A stretch of 64,000 nt of DNA from a bacterium. GTDB lineage: Bacteria > Patescibacteriota > Minisyncoccia > Phycocordibacterales > UBA9973. Where the stretch lies: assembly GCA_027484965.1 (NCBI GenBank), contig JAIXRY010000006.1:65738-129737 (forward strand), given 5' to 3'. Position numbers and translations under genes: made by a program. Positions 1 to 9,233 of this stretch are shown here, piece by piece. Numbering within the stretch: the stretch's first letter is position 1; every line of letters begins with the position of its first letter. The notes under the pieces are model-generated. The model saw nothing but the letters and a program-made list of their open reading frames with translations. It did no database searches and was not told the DNA's origin.

Positions 1-774
1 GAAAACACTAAATTTAGCCAGTATTAAAAATAAATTGAAAAATAAGGGTATTTTGGAATACAAAATTATAAAGTTAAAAATGCTTGATATAAATAATTTA
101 TCTGTTATAGTATTGATAAATCAGCACAGCTATTGCTTATAAAGGAGACGAAGACGGCAATTCTTCGAATCAAGTTTTCCAAACATTGTTTCTCCAGATG
201 GATTTGCTAATACTGCAAACTCTACTGCTTATCCTAGCAAGTAGTTTTATTAGTAAAATAGGAAAACTAACTAAATGGTTCGCCAGACCATTGCTCTGAC
301 CGGGTAGGATAGACAAAGCATTAACTCACTTTTGTCTCCTACCCGCAATCAGGGTTTTTTTCTTTTTGTATAAGATTTCCACAAAATGCTTTATGTGTGA
401 AAGTGTGGTACAGTTACTAAAGTTAAAGTAATCGGTGTTCTTTTTGGACAGAGTAAGTAATTTCTCAAGATTCTAAAAATGTTAACATTTTTTATTTTTA
501 ATTGTTCAACTCGCCAAGTCTCCGGACTTGGCGTTTTTTTTATTTACTTTTTAAATTATAAATGTATAATAGTAGCGAACGTTATCTGATTAATACGTTT
601 TGTTCATAATTGTTTTGCATAATGCCTCCCGGAATTCACTTGAATTCCGGGTTCTTTTTTTGTTTAATGCTTATATAAATCAAAATACCTATATAATAAA
701 GCATTATTATGTCTATTGACAAAATATACTTTAGTATGCTATAATAAATTCAAATAAACATTAAAAACAAACTT

Positions 775-1119
775 ATGGAACCACTTATTTATTTATGTGT
801 TACAAGCTTTATTACTTACTTAATCTACAGAATTGTAGAAAAAAAAGATTTTAAATTGGTAAACTTTACAAAAGGTTTGCTTGGTATAATTAATCTTTTA
901 AGTACTGGATTGTCAGCTTTCTTTGGGATGATATTGTTAGGTTTTATGCTTGACGGATTCAACCCTGATGAACCAAACTTTGGTGCACCTTGGTGGTATT
1001 TAATAACCAAGGGTAATAAGTTTTATTATTGGAGTTTAGTTTTCTCCATACTTATTGCTGGACTTGCAATGTTAATTCTAGCAATTGATTTGTATTACAG
1101 GGAGAAGAAAGATTTTTAA
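775..1119 (+). CDS. small integral membrane protein, unknown function (114 aa)
   Basis: ORF with hydrophobic segments. Preceded by TTGACA-N18-TATAAT at 716-745 and followed by a GC hairpin plus T-tract at 1136-1172. Confidence 0.5.
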   Translation: MEPLIYLCVTSFITYLIYRIVEKKDFKLVNFTKGLLGIINLLSTGLSAFFGMILLGFMLDGFNPDEPNFGAPWWYLITKGNKFYYWSLVFSILIAGLAMLILAIDLYYREKKDF

Positions 1120-1225
1120 TTTTTGCTCTTTATCGAGGGGTTTTGCTTACGCAAAACCCCTTTTTCTTTTTATTATTTCAAAATTTGACCCGAATTTCGT
1201 TTGCGAAATTCGGGTCGTCTATTTT

Positions 1226-2359
1226 TTATTGATAGTGACTCATTGCTATGTCGACTATCGCTTCTGCAATTGTCTGACTTGCGTCTCCACGTGCAAATCT
1301 TTTTGCTGCTCCACTCAATTCTTTTTTCTTTGATTCGTCATCTATAATACTTTCGATTGTATTTAAGAATACTGTCGGAGTTATATTGTTCTGCTCTAGA
1401 ACTATACATCCACCAGCACGAGCATATGCGAATGCATTTTTCTTTTGGTCGCGTGATATTTCTTCTGGAATAGGAATAATAATAGAAGGTATACCCCATG
1501 TCGCAATTTCAAATATAGAAGATCCTGCGCGAGATATTATTAGATCAGCAACACCCGCAGACATCTTCATTGCAAGTGGGTTTAAGAATGCTACAGGTTT
1601 GTATCTATCTTTGTTTGGATTTTCATTGAGAATTACTTTGAGTCTAGTCTCTACTTCTTCCATATTATTTTTACCAATCTGATGAATCACTTGGTATTTT
1701 TCTAGAAGTTGTGGGAGTATGCTGAGTGTTGCGTCATTTACAGCTACTGCTCCGAGAGATCCGCCTAGTATAAGTATTGTAGGTAGATTCTTGTCTAGGC
1801 CGAGATACTCATGCGCCCCTTCTTTTATTGGGTGTACAATTTCTTTACGGATTGGCTGTCCTGTCCAAGCTATCTTTTCTTCATAACCTTTTAGATATGT
1901 ACTTGCTTCTTGATATGATATAGCAATTTTTTTTGCGAACTTTGCTGACCAGAGAGATACTCTTCCTGGGAACGAATCTGATTCATGAATAATTACAGGA
2001 ATACGAAGAATTCTGGCTGCAAAAAGTGTAGGGAAAGATCCGTAGCCACCCTTCGAGAAAATAACGTCAGGATATATGAAGAATAATTTGATTGTTGCTG
2101 TAATAACTCCAAAACCAACTTTTATTACTTCTAATATTGTTTTGATAGAAAAATAAATACGAAGTTTACCTGCTGGAGAATATATATAAGTAATATTATT
2201 GTCAGCTAGAGCTTTTTTATCATATGGAGCATTAGACATGAAGTATAATTTTGCTCCCAATATTTTTCTATTTGAGACTACTTCGTTTGTTTTTTCGGCA
2301 ACAGCAATAATCGGATAAAAATGTCCTCCTGTACCTCCTCCTGTAAATAAAATACGCAT
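1226..2359 (-). CDS. murG: UDP-N-acetylglucosamine--N-acetylmuramyl-(pentapeptide) pyrophosphoryl-undecaprenol N-acetylglucosamine transferase MurG
   Basis: N-terminal GGGTGGHFYP glycine-rich motif and GGSLGA motif. GT-B glycosyltransferase of MurG length, adjacent to ftsW and mraY. Confidence 0.9.
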   Translation of the reverse strand: MRILFTGGGTGGHFYPIIAVAEKTNEVVSNRKILGAKLYFMSNAPYDKKALADNNITYIYSPAGKLRIYFSIKTILEVIKVGFGVITATIKLFFIYPDVIFSKGGYGSFPTLFAARILRIPVIIHESDSFPGRVSLWSAKFAKKIAISYQEASTYLKGYEEKIAWTGQPIRKEIVHPIKEGAHEYLGLDKNLPTILILGGSLGAVAVNDATLSILPQLLEKYQVIHQIGKNNMEEVETRLKVILNENPNKDRYKPVAFLNPLAMKMSAGVADLIISRAGSSIFEIATWGIPSIIIPIPEEISRDQKKNAFAYARAGGCIVLEQNNITPTVFLNTIESIIDDESKKKELSGAAKRFARGDASQTIAEAIVDIAMSHYQ

Positions 2360-2381
2360 AGTATGTATAGTATAACCTATT

Positions 2382-3503
2382 CTAAGATTTTGTAGGCGTG
2401 GATACTGTCTTCTTGTATCTTGAGACTTGAAGTATTATACCTGCAGCAAAAAGAGCGAACATGAGCGATGTTCCACCTTGTGATACAAAGACCAGAGGTA
2501 CACCTGTAAGTGGAAATAGTCCTGTAATAGAAGCAATATTCATAAATGATTGCGCTGTTAGAAGCATTACGAGTCCTGTCACGAGTAATTGTGAAAATTG
2601 ATCGGGAGCATTGTTTGCTATACGCAATCCTCTAAAGGCGAATACTATGTAAAGTATTACAAGTAAGGTACTTCCAATAAAGCCGAATTCTTCTCCTACA
2701 ACAGCAAAAATTGAATCCCCTTGTGGTTCTGGTAAGTAACTAAATTTTTGGATACTTTGACCAAATCCTCTACCTGTAATACCTCCAGAACCAATAGCAA
2801 TGAGAGATTGTTGGAGCTGGTAAGAAGAGCCTGTTGGGTCACGATTTTGATCGATGAACGTCCTTACACGGTCTTTTAGATATGGAGTGAAGAATGACAG
2901 TCCTATAAGTCCAACGATAGCAATTCCTCCTACAAAAAATATTTGTTTCCACTTCACTCCTGCAACAATAAGCATTGAGAGTGCTGATATAGTCATAAGA
3001 ATAAAACTCTTTGTGTCTGGTTGTTTAAAGAGAACAAGAGCGATAATCCCCAAAAGAACCATAAGAGGGAGCACGCCAAAACGCACATCACTCACCTTTC
3101 CTTTTACCCAAGAAAGCCATCCTGCAAAATAGATAATAAAACAAATCTTGAGTAATTCGGCTGGCTGAAAAGATATTGGTCCAATATCAAGCCATCTTCG
3201 GGCTCCACCATGAGAGAATCCAAGTCCTGGTATAAAAACAAATGTAGTAATAATAATAGAACTAATAAATATATAGAAGGCGTATTTTCTCCAAACTTTA
3301 TAATGTATACGTGAAGCAAGATACATTCCAATACCACCAAGTCCGAATCCAAGCACTATTTGACTAAACAATACTTGATAAAATTTGTCAGTATTTTTTG
3401 CAAGAATTCCCATTGAAGCAGAAACGAAAACACCAAATCCAATAGTAAGGAGAGTGATTATTATACCGAAGAAAAATTTATCAAAAGGAAGCTCTTTCTT
3501 CAT
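2382..3503 (-). CDS. ftsW: SEDS-family peptidoglycan glycosyltransferase FtsW
   Basis: Ten-TM profile with the RRWLDIGPISFQPAELLK SEDS signature. Sits between mraY and murG. Confidence 0.85.
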   Translation of the reverse strand: MKKELPFDKFFFGIIITLLTIGFGVFVSASMGILAKNTDKFYQVLFSQIVLGFGLGGIGMYLASRIHYKVWRKYAFYIFISSIIITTFVFIPGLGFSHGGARRWLDIGPISFQPAELLKICFIIYFAGWLSWVKGKVSDVRFGVLPLMVLLGIIALVLFKQPDTKSFILMTISALSMLIVAGVKWKQIFFVGGIAIVGLIGLSFFTPYLKDRVRTFIDQNRDPTGSSYQLQQSLIAIGSGGITGRGFGQSIQKFSYLPEPQGDSIFAVVGEEFGFIGSTLLVILYIVFAFRGLRIANNAPDQFSQLLVTGLVMLLTAQSFMNIASITGLFPLTGVPLVFVSQGGTSLMFALFAAGIILQVSRYKKTVSTPTKS

Positions 3504-3506
3504 TGT

Positions 3507-4559
3507 CTATTTTGTTAATATATAAATAATAGTTCCAAAAACAGAACACACAATAGATACAATCCAGTACCTCATCGTAACTTTTGGACGAGACCAGCCT
3601 TTTGCTTCGAAGTGGTGATGAAGTGGTGCCACCAAGAAGATGCGTTTTTTGTTTCTATATTTGTAAGAATATATTTGAAGGATTGCAGAGAGACTTGTCG
3701 CTACGAGTGGTAATGCAATAAGAGGAAGTACAAATACAGCATCTGTAAGAAATGCTATTACTGACAGAAGAAGTGTAAGGCCGAGCATTCCCGTCTCACC
3801 CATATAAAATCTTGCTGGAGGAATATTAAACCAAAGAAATACAAGAATAGAACCTGTTACAACAGACGAGAAAGCCGCGAGGTCTATTTGATTGTTTGTA
3901 TACGCAATAAGCGTATAACTTGCAAATATTGGCACCAGAACGCCTCCAGAGAGGCCGTCCATCCCATCTATAATACTTGAAGAGAACACAGCGAGTGTTA
4001 CAAGAATAAAGAAAGGAATAAACATGAGCCCTAGCGGAACACTGCCAATGAAAGGCACGAACACACTAGAATGATCTAATTTAAGAACGAACCAAAGTCC
4101 TACAAGGAGACTCATTGCCACAATCATTGCGATTTTTACACGACGATTAGATAGAGCGTCTGCTCCATATGAGTTTGAGGAGAATACTTGTGCAAGATCA
4201 TCAAAAAGACCAAGCATTCCTCCGAGTATGAGTGTGCCGAGAGGTATGAGTGTCTGACTGCGACTAAGAAAATTTAATTTTTGTGTCCATGGGTTTGGGA
4301 AAATTTGTTCAAGCAGTGCTATTCCCATAATAGTAATAAAAACTGAAAGCCAAATAATCATTCCTCCTACTCTAGGAGTTTTTAATTCTTCTTTTTCATT
4401 GTGAATATCTTGGAATTCTTTTGAAACAGAAGCATTTGAACGAGAACTTCTTTTCCAGAGCTTGTATTTGTAAAAATATTTTGTGAGTATGGGTGTTATG
4501 ACAAACCCTACAACAAAAGAGGAAACGAGTGGGATGAGAATTTTAATTGCGTTTGACAT
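3507..4559 (-). CDS. mraY: phospho-N-acetylmuramoyl-pentapeptide transferase MraY
   Basis: IDGMDGLSGG and APLHHHFE motifs, polytopic membrane protein. Confidence 0.9.
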   Translation of the reverse strand: MSNAIKILIPLVSSFVVGFVITPILTKYFYKYKLWKRSSRSNASVSKEFQDIHNEKEELKTPRVGGMIIWLSVFITIMGIALLEQIFPNPWTQKLNFLSRSQTLIPLGTLILGGMLGLFDDLAQVFSSNSYGADALSNRRVKIAMIVAMSLLVGLWFVLKLDHSSVFVPFIGSVPLGLMFIPFFILVTLAVFSSSIIDGMDGLSGGVLVPIFASYTLIAYTNNQIDLAAFSSVVTGSILVFLWFNIPPARFYMGETGMLGLTLLLSVIAFLTDAVFVLPLIALPLVATSLSAILQIYSYKYRNKKRIFLVAPLHHHFEAKGWSRPKVTMRYWIVSIVCSVFGTIIYILTK

Positions 4560-4567
4560 ATATATAA

Positions 4568-5101
4568 TTATTCTGGTTTTTCTATTATACCAGCAATATT
4601 TTTTGAGAGCTGTTCAAAATCTTGTAATTCTGTTCTGTCTGTAATACCAAGAACTGACAGAAGGTCGATAGACGGTGTGTAGTGATTACTTTTCCCTTCC
4701 TGCTTCTTTTCTATAAGACCACGAATAGTGAGAGTGCGGAGTGAAATTGTACTATTTACCCCACGAATGTAGTCTATCTCAGACTTTGTGGCTTTCTGGT
4801 GGTAGCAAATAATAGACAATGTTTCGAGAGCTGATTTTGTAAGTTCTTTTTCTGTCTCTTCTTTTTGAATTTTTGTGAGCAAATCACTCATGTCTGGATG
4901 AGTTTTAAGAACTACATGATCGTTGTTTTCTATTAAAACAAGCCCTCGCCCCTCGAGATCACTTTTTAATTCCAAAATTGCTTGATCTACTTCTTCTTTT
5001 GAAATTTCTAAAATATCTGCAAGTTTTTTTATTGCAAATGGTTCACTTTCTATAAAAAGTATTGCTTCTATTTTTGAACTTGTTTTCATAATTGAGGTCA
5101 T
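4568..5101 (-). CDS. scpB: segregation and condensation protein B
   Basis: Tandem winged-helix ScpB pattern (EAILFIESEPF...KSEIDYIRGVNS). Confidence 0.85.
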   Translation of the reverse strand: MTSIMKTSSKIEAILFIESEPFAIKKLADILEISKEEVDQAILELKSDLEGRGLVLIENNDHVVLKTHPDMSDLLTKIQKEETEKELTKSALETLSIICYHQKATKSEIDYIRGVNSTISLRTLTIRGLIEKKQEGKSNHYTPSIDLLSVLGITDRTELQDFEQLSKNIAGIIEKPE

Positions 5102-5105
5102 ATAA

Positions 5106-5492
5106 TTATTTAATTCTTATGAGATCACCACCATCAAACCCTAATCCAATTGCTTGAGCTTTTGAAAGAAAATGTTCGTTGTATTTTTCAGATAAAGTAA
5201 AGTCCTTTATTAAGGCTGTAATTTCAGATAATAGCTTTTGCCAATCACTACCACTTGTTTTTTTAAATTGTTTAGACAAAATAAAACTCTTCTCTTTTGG
5301 TATAAAATCCAAATAGCAAGCCCATTCATCATCCTTACCATACATTTTTGAACCAACTAAATATATTTCACTACTATCATCAAAAATACCAAAGAAATAA
5401 GAATTAATCTCTTCTGGAGGATTCTCTGCTTTGTTTAGTCTCCAAAGCCAATCGTTAATAGAATCTTTTTTATTTTTAAATAAATTAAACAT
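5106..5492 (-). CDS. hypothetical protein (128 aa) inserted between scpA and scpB
   Basis: Intact ORF overlapping the scpA stop by 8 nt (translationally coupled). No recognisable motif. Confidence 0.5.
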   Translation of the reverse strand: MFNLFKNKKDSINDWLWRLNKAENPPEEINSYFFGIFDDSSEIYLVGSKMYGKDDEWACYLDFIPKEKSFILSKQFKKTSGSDWQKLLSEITALIKDFTLSEKYNEHFLSKAQAIGLGFDGGDLIRIK

Positions 5493-6240
5493 ATTCTTCT
5501 TTGTTATCTTTTAATTGTTCTTGTTTTTCTATTAAAATATCATCAAAATGATTATCTTGGACTACATTCACTATTCCTTGTCTTACCAATTCAAGCATAG
5601 CAAGGAATGAAACTATGACCAAAGTACGCTCTTGTTTTGAAAATACTTTTCCATTGTGTCCTGTGAGTTTTCTAAATGACGTTTGAGCGGCTTCCATTAT
5701 TCTTGTTTCAAAGCTTGTAATCATTTCTTCGATACTCATCACCTTCTCTGCTCTTACCTTTGGAAGTTCTGGTTCTTCCTTTGGGACATTCTTTAAGACT
5801 TCATTTGCTAAATCTTTGAGTAATTCTGTGGTTAGTCTTTCATCAAATCTAAATTTTATTTCTGTTTTATTTCTTTCTTTTGGTCCGCCAAATAATTTGT
5901 ACTTTCCGAAGCGTTCTTGAATATATTTAGAAGCTGTCTTTACATGTGAGTATCTGTCAAGCCTTCCTTCGAGCTCCACCACCTCTTTGGACTCTTCTTC
6001 TGTAAGTTCTAGATTGGGTAAGAGAGCTCGAGATTTTATAAGGATAAGTGTTGTGGCCACTATAAGAAAATTGGTTTTTTCTTCAAGAGATTCTGTTGTA
6101 AGCTCTGAAACATACTTGATATAATCGTCCGTAACTTGAGCGAGAGATACTTCACCCACAAAAAGCTTCCGCTTTTCTATTAGATCAAGCAAAAGATCGA
6201 GGGGTCCTTCGAAAGTAGCTGTTTTTACAGCGAATGACAT
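5485..6240 (-). CDS. scpA: segregation and condensation protein A
   Basis: N-terminal FEGPLDLLLDLIEKRKL ScpA kleisin signature. Confidence 0.85.
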   Translation of the reverse strand: MSFAVKTATFEGPLDLLLDLIEKRKLFVGEVSLAQVTDDYIKYVSELTTESLEEKTNFLIVATTLILIKSRALLPNLELTEEESKEVVELEGRLDRYSHVKTASKYIQERFGKYKLFGGPKERNKTEIKFRFDERLTTELLKDLANEVLKNVPKEEPELPKVRAEKVMSIEEMITSFETRIMEAAQTSFRKLTGHNGKVFSKQERTLVIVSFLAMLELVRQGIVNVVQDNHFDDILIEKQEQLKDNKEEYV

Positions 6241-6297
6241 ATAGCTATTTTATCTTTTTTATATTTATTTACAAAATAATAACTCACTACACATTCT

Positions 6298-6326
6298 TTG
6301 ACATTAATTTATATATAATTTATAAT
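6298..6326 (+). promoter_or_regulatory. sigma70-like promoter TTGACA-N17-TATAAT
   Basis: Exact consensus hexamers with 17-nt spacer, 28 nt upstream of the ATG at 6355. Confidence 0.55.
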
Positions 6327-6354
6327 ACAAAAGAACATTTTAAAAAATAAAATT

Positions 6355-6666
6355 ATGAACATCGGTACAAAAAATGTAGAGACTATGACTCTCCGCGAAC
6401 TATCGTTAGAATCTTTTAACTTAAAACAAGAATTAGAAAAAGATCCTAATAATATCATATTAAATGATATGTTAGCCAAAGTCTCTATTGAGAGAAAGAA
6501 GAAAAAACTAGAAGATCTTTATAAAGATTTGGAGTTTGGTGGACCTGACTTTCTATACATTAAACCAAATATTAAGGACCTGGAAAATGAATTGACTGGT
6601 TTAGGTGTCAATGTTTCTAAGTTAGAATCAAATTTTGTAAAACAATCTTTGTACATTTCAAGATAA
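6355..6666 (+). CDS. hypothetical protein (103 aa)
   Basis: ORF with its own consensus promoter and a hairpin terminator at 6665-6688. Confidence 0.5.
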   Translation: MNIGTKNVETMTLRELSLESFNLKQELEKDPNNIILNDMLAKVSIERKKKKLEDLYKDLEFGGPDFLYIKPNIKDLENELTGLGVNVSKLESNFVKQSLYISR

Positions 6667-6704
6667 AGCGCTTATTAGCGCTTTTTAATTTGATAATAAT
6701 TTTA

Positions 6705-6733
6705 TTGACATTTTTATTATATATTGTTATAAT
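6705..6733 (+). promoter_or_regulatory. sigma70-like promoter TTGACA-N17-TATAAT
   Basis: Consensus hexamers upstream of the small lipoprotein ORF. Confidence 0.5.
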
Positions 6734-6751
6734 ATATAAAATAATTAGCAT

Positions 6752-6919
6752 ATGAAAAAAATATTCTTATATAGCTTACTTTTAACAGCTATAGCTTGTA
6801 AAACAAGTACAAATTTAAAAATATCTGAAAAGGATAAAGTATCGCTTGATTCAAGCGAAGAAAATTTTCGTAAAAATGTTTTTGATAAAGAATTCAAAGA
6901 TACAACAACAATTAAATAA
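6752..6919 (+). CDS. small putative lipoprotein (55 aa)
   Basis: Signal peptide MKKIFLYSLLLTAIAC with a lipobox-like AIAC, then a hydrophilic tail. Below the ORF-track length cutoff. Confidence 0.4.
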   Translation: MKKIFLYSLLLTAIACKTSTNLKISEKDKVSLDSSEENFRKNVFDKEFKDTTTIK

Positions 6920-6926
6920 CACTAAA

Positions 6927-7115
6927 ATGTCTGAACAAGAAACAAAAGAAGAATTTAAAAAGAAAGAACTCAGTGAAATGAGTTTAGAAGAATTAAACTC
7001 CTACATGAATTCTTTGGTGGAAAGTGCTAAAGATCCTGATATTACAACAGAAACACAGAACTTTATTATGGAAGAAGTGATGGCTGTAGAAAATGAGTTA
7101 GAACAAAGAATTTAG
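6927..7115 (+). CDS. small acidic protein (62 aa)
   Basis: ATG 8 nt after the lipoprotein stop. The ORF-track call 6846..7115 probably over-extends the N-terminus. Terminator hairpin at 7137-7175. Confidence 0.4.
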   Translation: MSEQETKEEFKKKELSEMSLEELNSYMNSLVESAKDPDITTETQNFIMEEVMAVENELEQRI

Positions 7116-7173
7116 TGTATACCTATAGTACACACAATCCCTTTTAAGTTAAAAGCTTAAAAGGGATTTTATT

Positions 7174-7202
7174 TTGACAATAAAATAAAATGGTGTTATA
7201 TT
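7174..7202 (+). promoter_or_regulatory. sigma70-like promoter TTGACA-N17-TATATT
   Basis: Upstream of the ORF at 7229. Confidence 0.45.
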
Positions 7203-7228
7203 ATATATGAACAATTAAAAAAATAATT

Positions 7229-7570
7229 ATGAATATAGATGTATTTCTTAATTTAAATCCGAAAATTACCTCTCTTCCTTTACCTGACTTTGATAACTAT
7301 ATCAAAGGACTGCAAAAGCAAGAAGAAATGGCTGCTAGTACTAACAAATTGGATTGGCAAGGTGAATTAATTGCCTCGATCAAACACTGTGAGACAATTA
7401 AATCATGTCTACATCTTTTCAATTTAAAAAAAGATATAGAAGATGGAAAACCTGGAGCTAGTCAATTTGATATAGGTGCTAAAGAGCTTGAAGCTCACTT
7501 AACATTGAAAGGGTTAGACACTAAAACTTTTTATGATAATTGGAAGAAAACAGGTAAATTTTCACTTTAA
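7229..7570 (+). CDS. hypothetical protein (113 aa)
   Basis: ORF with its own promoter and terminator (7575-7599). Confidence 0.5.
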   Translation: MNIDVFLNLNPKITSLPLPDFDNYIKGLQKQEEMAASTNKLDWQGELIASIKHCETIKSCLHLFNLKKDIEDGKPGASQFDIGAKELEAHLTLKGLDTKTFYDNWKKTGKFSL

Positions 7571-7698
7571 CTTTAAGCCCTAAAGGGCTTTTTATTTTTA
7601 TATAAAAATAATATATAATGTAAAAAAACAAAATTATGCAAACAAATAATCAAGTCACAGTAGCAATTGCAATCTTAGGGGTATCCCTAGCAGAAATC

Positions 7699-7730
7699 AA
7701 AAAAATCCTCTAGTTGAGGATTTTCTTTTT
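7699..7730. terminator. bidirectional hairpin terminator (AAATCCTC...GAGGATTT) between the plus-strand small genes and aspS
   Basis: 7-bp GC-containing stem flanked by A-run and T-run. Confidence 0.5.
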
Positions 7731-7734
7731 TATA

Positions 7735-9168
7735 TTATTTTCTCTTTATAAGTAGAGAGAGGTCGTTTAATTGTTTGTCACTGATAGGAGAAGGTGCTTC
7801 CATCATAAGGTCTTTACCCTCACCTGTCTTCGGGAATGCTATAACTTCACGAATGTTTGGTTCATTCTCTAGAAGCATAACGAGACGGTCGAATCCCCAT
7901 GCGATTCCTCCGTGTGGAGGTGTACCTGATCCGAGAGCACGAAGCATGTGTCCAAAGTTTCTTTCTATATTCTCGTCTGTGTGTCCAATAATACTTAGAA
8001 CTTGCTTCAACGCTTCTGGTTCGTGGTTTCTTATACTTCCTCCACCGATTTCATATCCATTGAGTGTAATATCGTATTGTGTTGTGAGTATATCTCCAAT
8101 ATTCTTTCTTTCCATCAAGTTCTCCATATGAGCGTCTATTGGACGAGAAAATGGGTTATGAGTGAATGTCCACTCACCTTCTGTATCTGGATTATCTGAA
8201 GTATCTGTTCTCTCGAAAAATGGGAAATCTACAACCCAGCAGAATGCAAGTAAGTTTTCATCAGTCTTGTCTGTGCGGATATCTGGACGGTCATTACCAT
8301 ATTTTTCCATTGCATCTTTGTATGAGATACGTGGAAATGGGATTTCTTGGATTTTCTTTTCTGGATAGAGATTTTGAACAAGTTCAATCAATATTTTTTC
8401 ATTCAAAGCCATTACATCTTCTTGAGTTACAAAACTCATTTCCATGTCGATTTGAGTGAATTCTGGTTGACGATCTCCACGAGTATCTTCATCACGAAGA
8501 CACTTTGCGACTTGGAAATAACGTTCCATACCTGAAGCCATTAAGAGTTGTTTGTATTGTTGAGGAGATTGTGGAAGTGCGTAGAAATTTCCAGGATAAA
8601 GACGTGAAGGTACAACATAGTCACGAGCACCTTCTGGTGTTGATTTTGTAAGGATTGGAGTTTCGATTTCTATGAAGTTTTCTTTGTCGAGACTGTCACG
8701 AATAAACTTAGTCATTTTGTGACGGTTGCGAATGTTCTTTTGGAGACGAGGGCGACGAAGGTCGAGGTATCGCTCAGCAAGGCGAACTTCTTCACCGATT
8801 TCTTTACCGTCTGTAGTTGGGTCAAAAGATGGAGTCTCTGCTTGGTTTAGAACTATTATAGACATGATTTCGAGCTCTATATCACCATTTACCACACCTT
8901 CTTTTTTGTTTCTTTCTGGGCGTTCATTTACTCTACCTGTAAGCTTTATAACCCATTCAGTACGAAGAGTTTTTGCAACCTCTATAGCCTCTGTATAGTT
9001 TGGGAGAACTACAGCTTGGATCTTGCCTGACATATCGCGAATGTCCAAGAAAACCATTTTTCCTTGGTCACGACGAACGTCTACCCATCCAGAAATAGAA
9101 ACTTCCTCACCTTTTTTACTACTCAAATCTTTTATATATATACGTTCCATATGTTTATAGAATAGCAA
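7735..9168 (-). CDS. aspS: aspartyl-tRNA synthetase, short form without the large bacterial insertion domain
   Basis: N-terminal OB fold, class II motif 2 FRDEDTRGDRQPEFTQIDME, motif 3 GGIAWGFDRLVMLL. At 477 aa it is about 110 aa shorter than typical bacterial AspRS. Confidence 0.85.
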   Translation of the reverse strand: MLFYKHMERIYIKDLSSKKGEEVSISGWVDVRRDQGKMVFLDIRDMSGKIQAVVLPNYTEAIEVAKTLRTEWVIKLTGRVNERPERNKKEGVVNGDIELEIMSIIVLNQAETPSFDPTTDGKEIGEEVRLAERYLDLRRPRLQKNIRNRHKMTKFIRDSLDKENFIEIETPILTKSTPEGARDYVVPSRLYPGNFYALPQSPQQYKQLLMASGMERYFQVAKCLRDEDTRGDRQPEFTQIDMEMSFVTQEDVMALNEKILIELVQNLYPEKKIQEIPFPRISYKDAMEKYGNDRPDIRTDKTDENLLAFCWVVDFPFFERTDTSDNPDTEGEWTFTHNPFSRPIDAHMENLMERKNIGDILTTQYDITLNGYEIGGGSIRNHEPEALKQVLSIIGHTDENIERNFGHMLRALGSGTPPHGGIAWGFDRLVMLLENEPNIREVIAFPKTGEGKDLMMEAPSPISDKQLNDLSLLIKRK

Positions 9169-9204
9169 AAATTAGTCTTTTTGGCGATACTTTTATAAAA
9201 ATAA

Positions 9205-9228
9205 AAAAGCCGCAAAAATGCGGCTTTT
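9205..9228 (-). terminator. hairpin terminator AAAAGCCGCAAAAATGCGGCTTTT
   Basis: Immediately downstream of the ABC exporter stop at 9234. Confidence 0.55.
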
Positions 9229-9233
9229 AAAAA

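Noticed and set aside
1187-1216. 13-bp perfect hairpin as the murG intrinsic terminator
   Set aside because: It lies directly after the murG stop, but on the murG strand it is followed by an A-rich rather than U-rich tract. It may serve the convergent plus-strand gene instead, so I noted it without a confident assignment.
7775-8998. Several plus-strand ORFs (60-118 aa) inside aspS
   Set aside because: They are antisense to a strongly supported full-length AspRS gene, which makes them artefacts of the six-frame translation.
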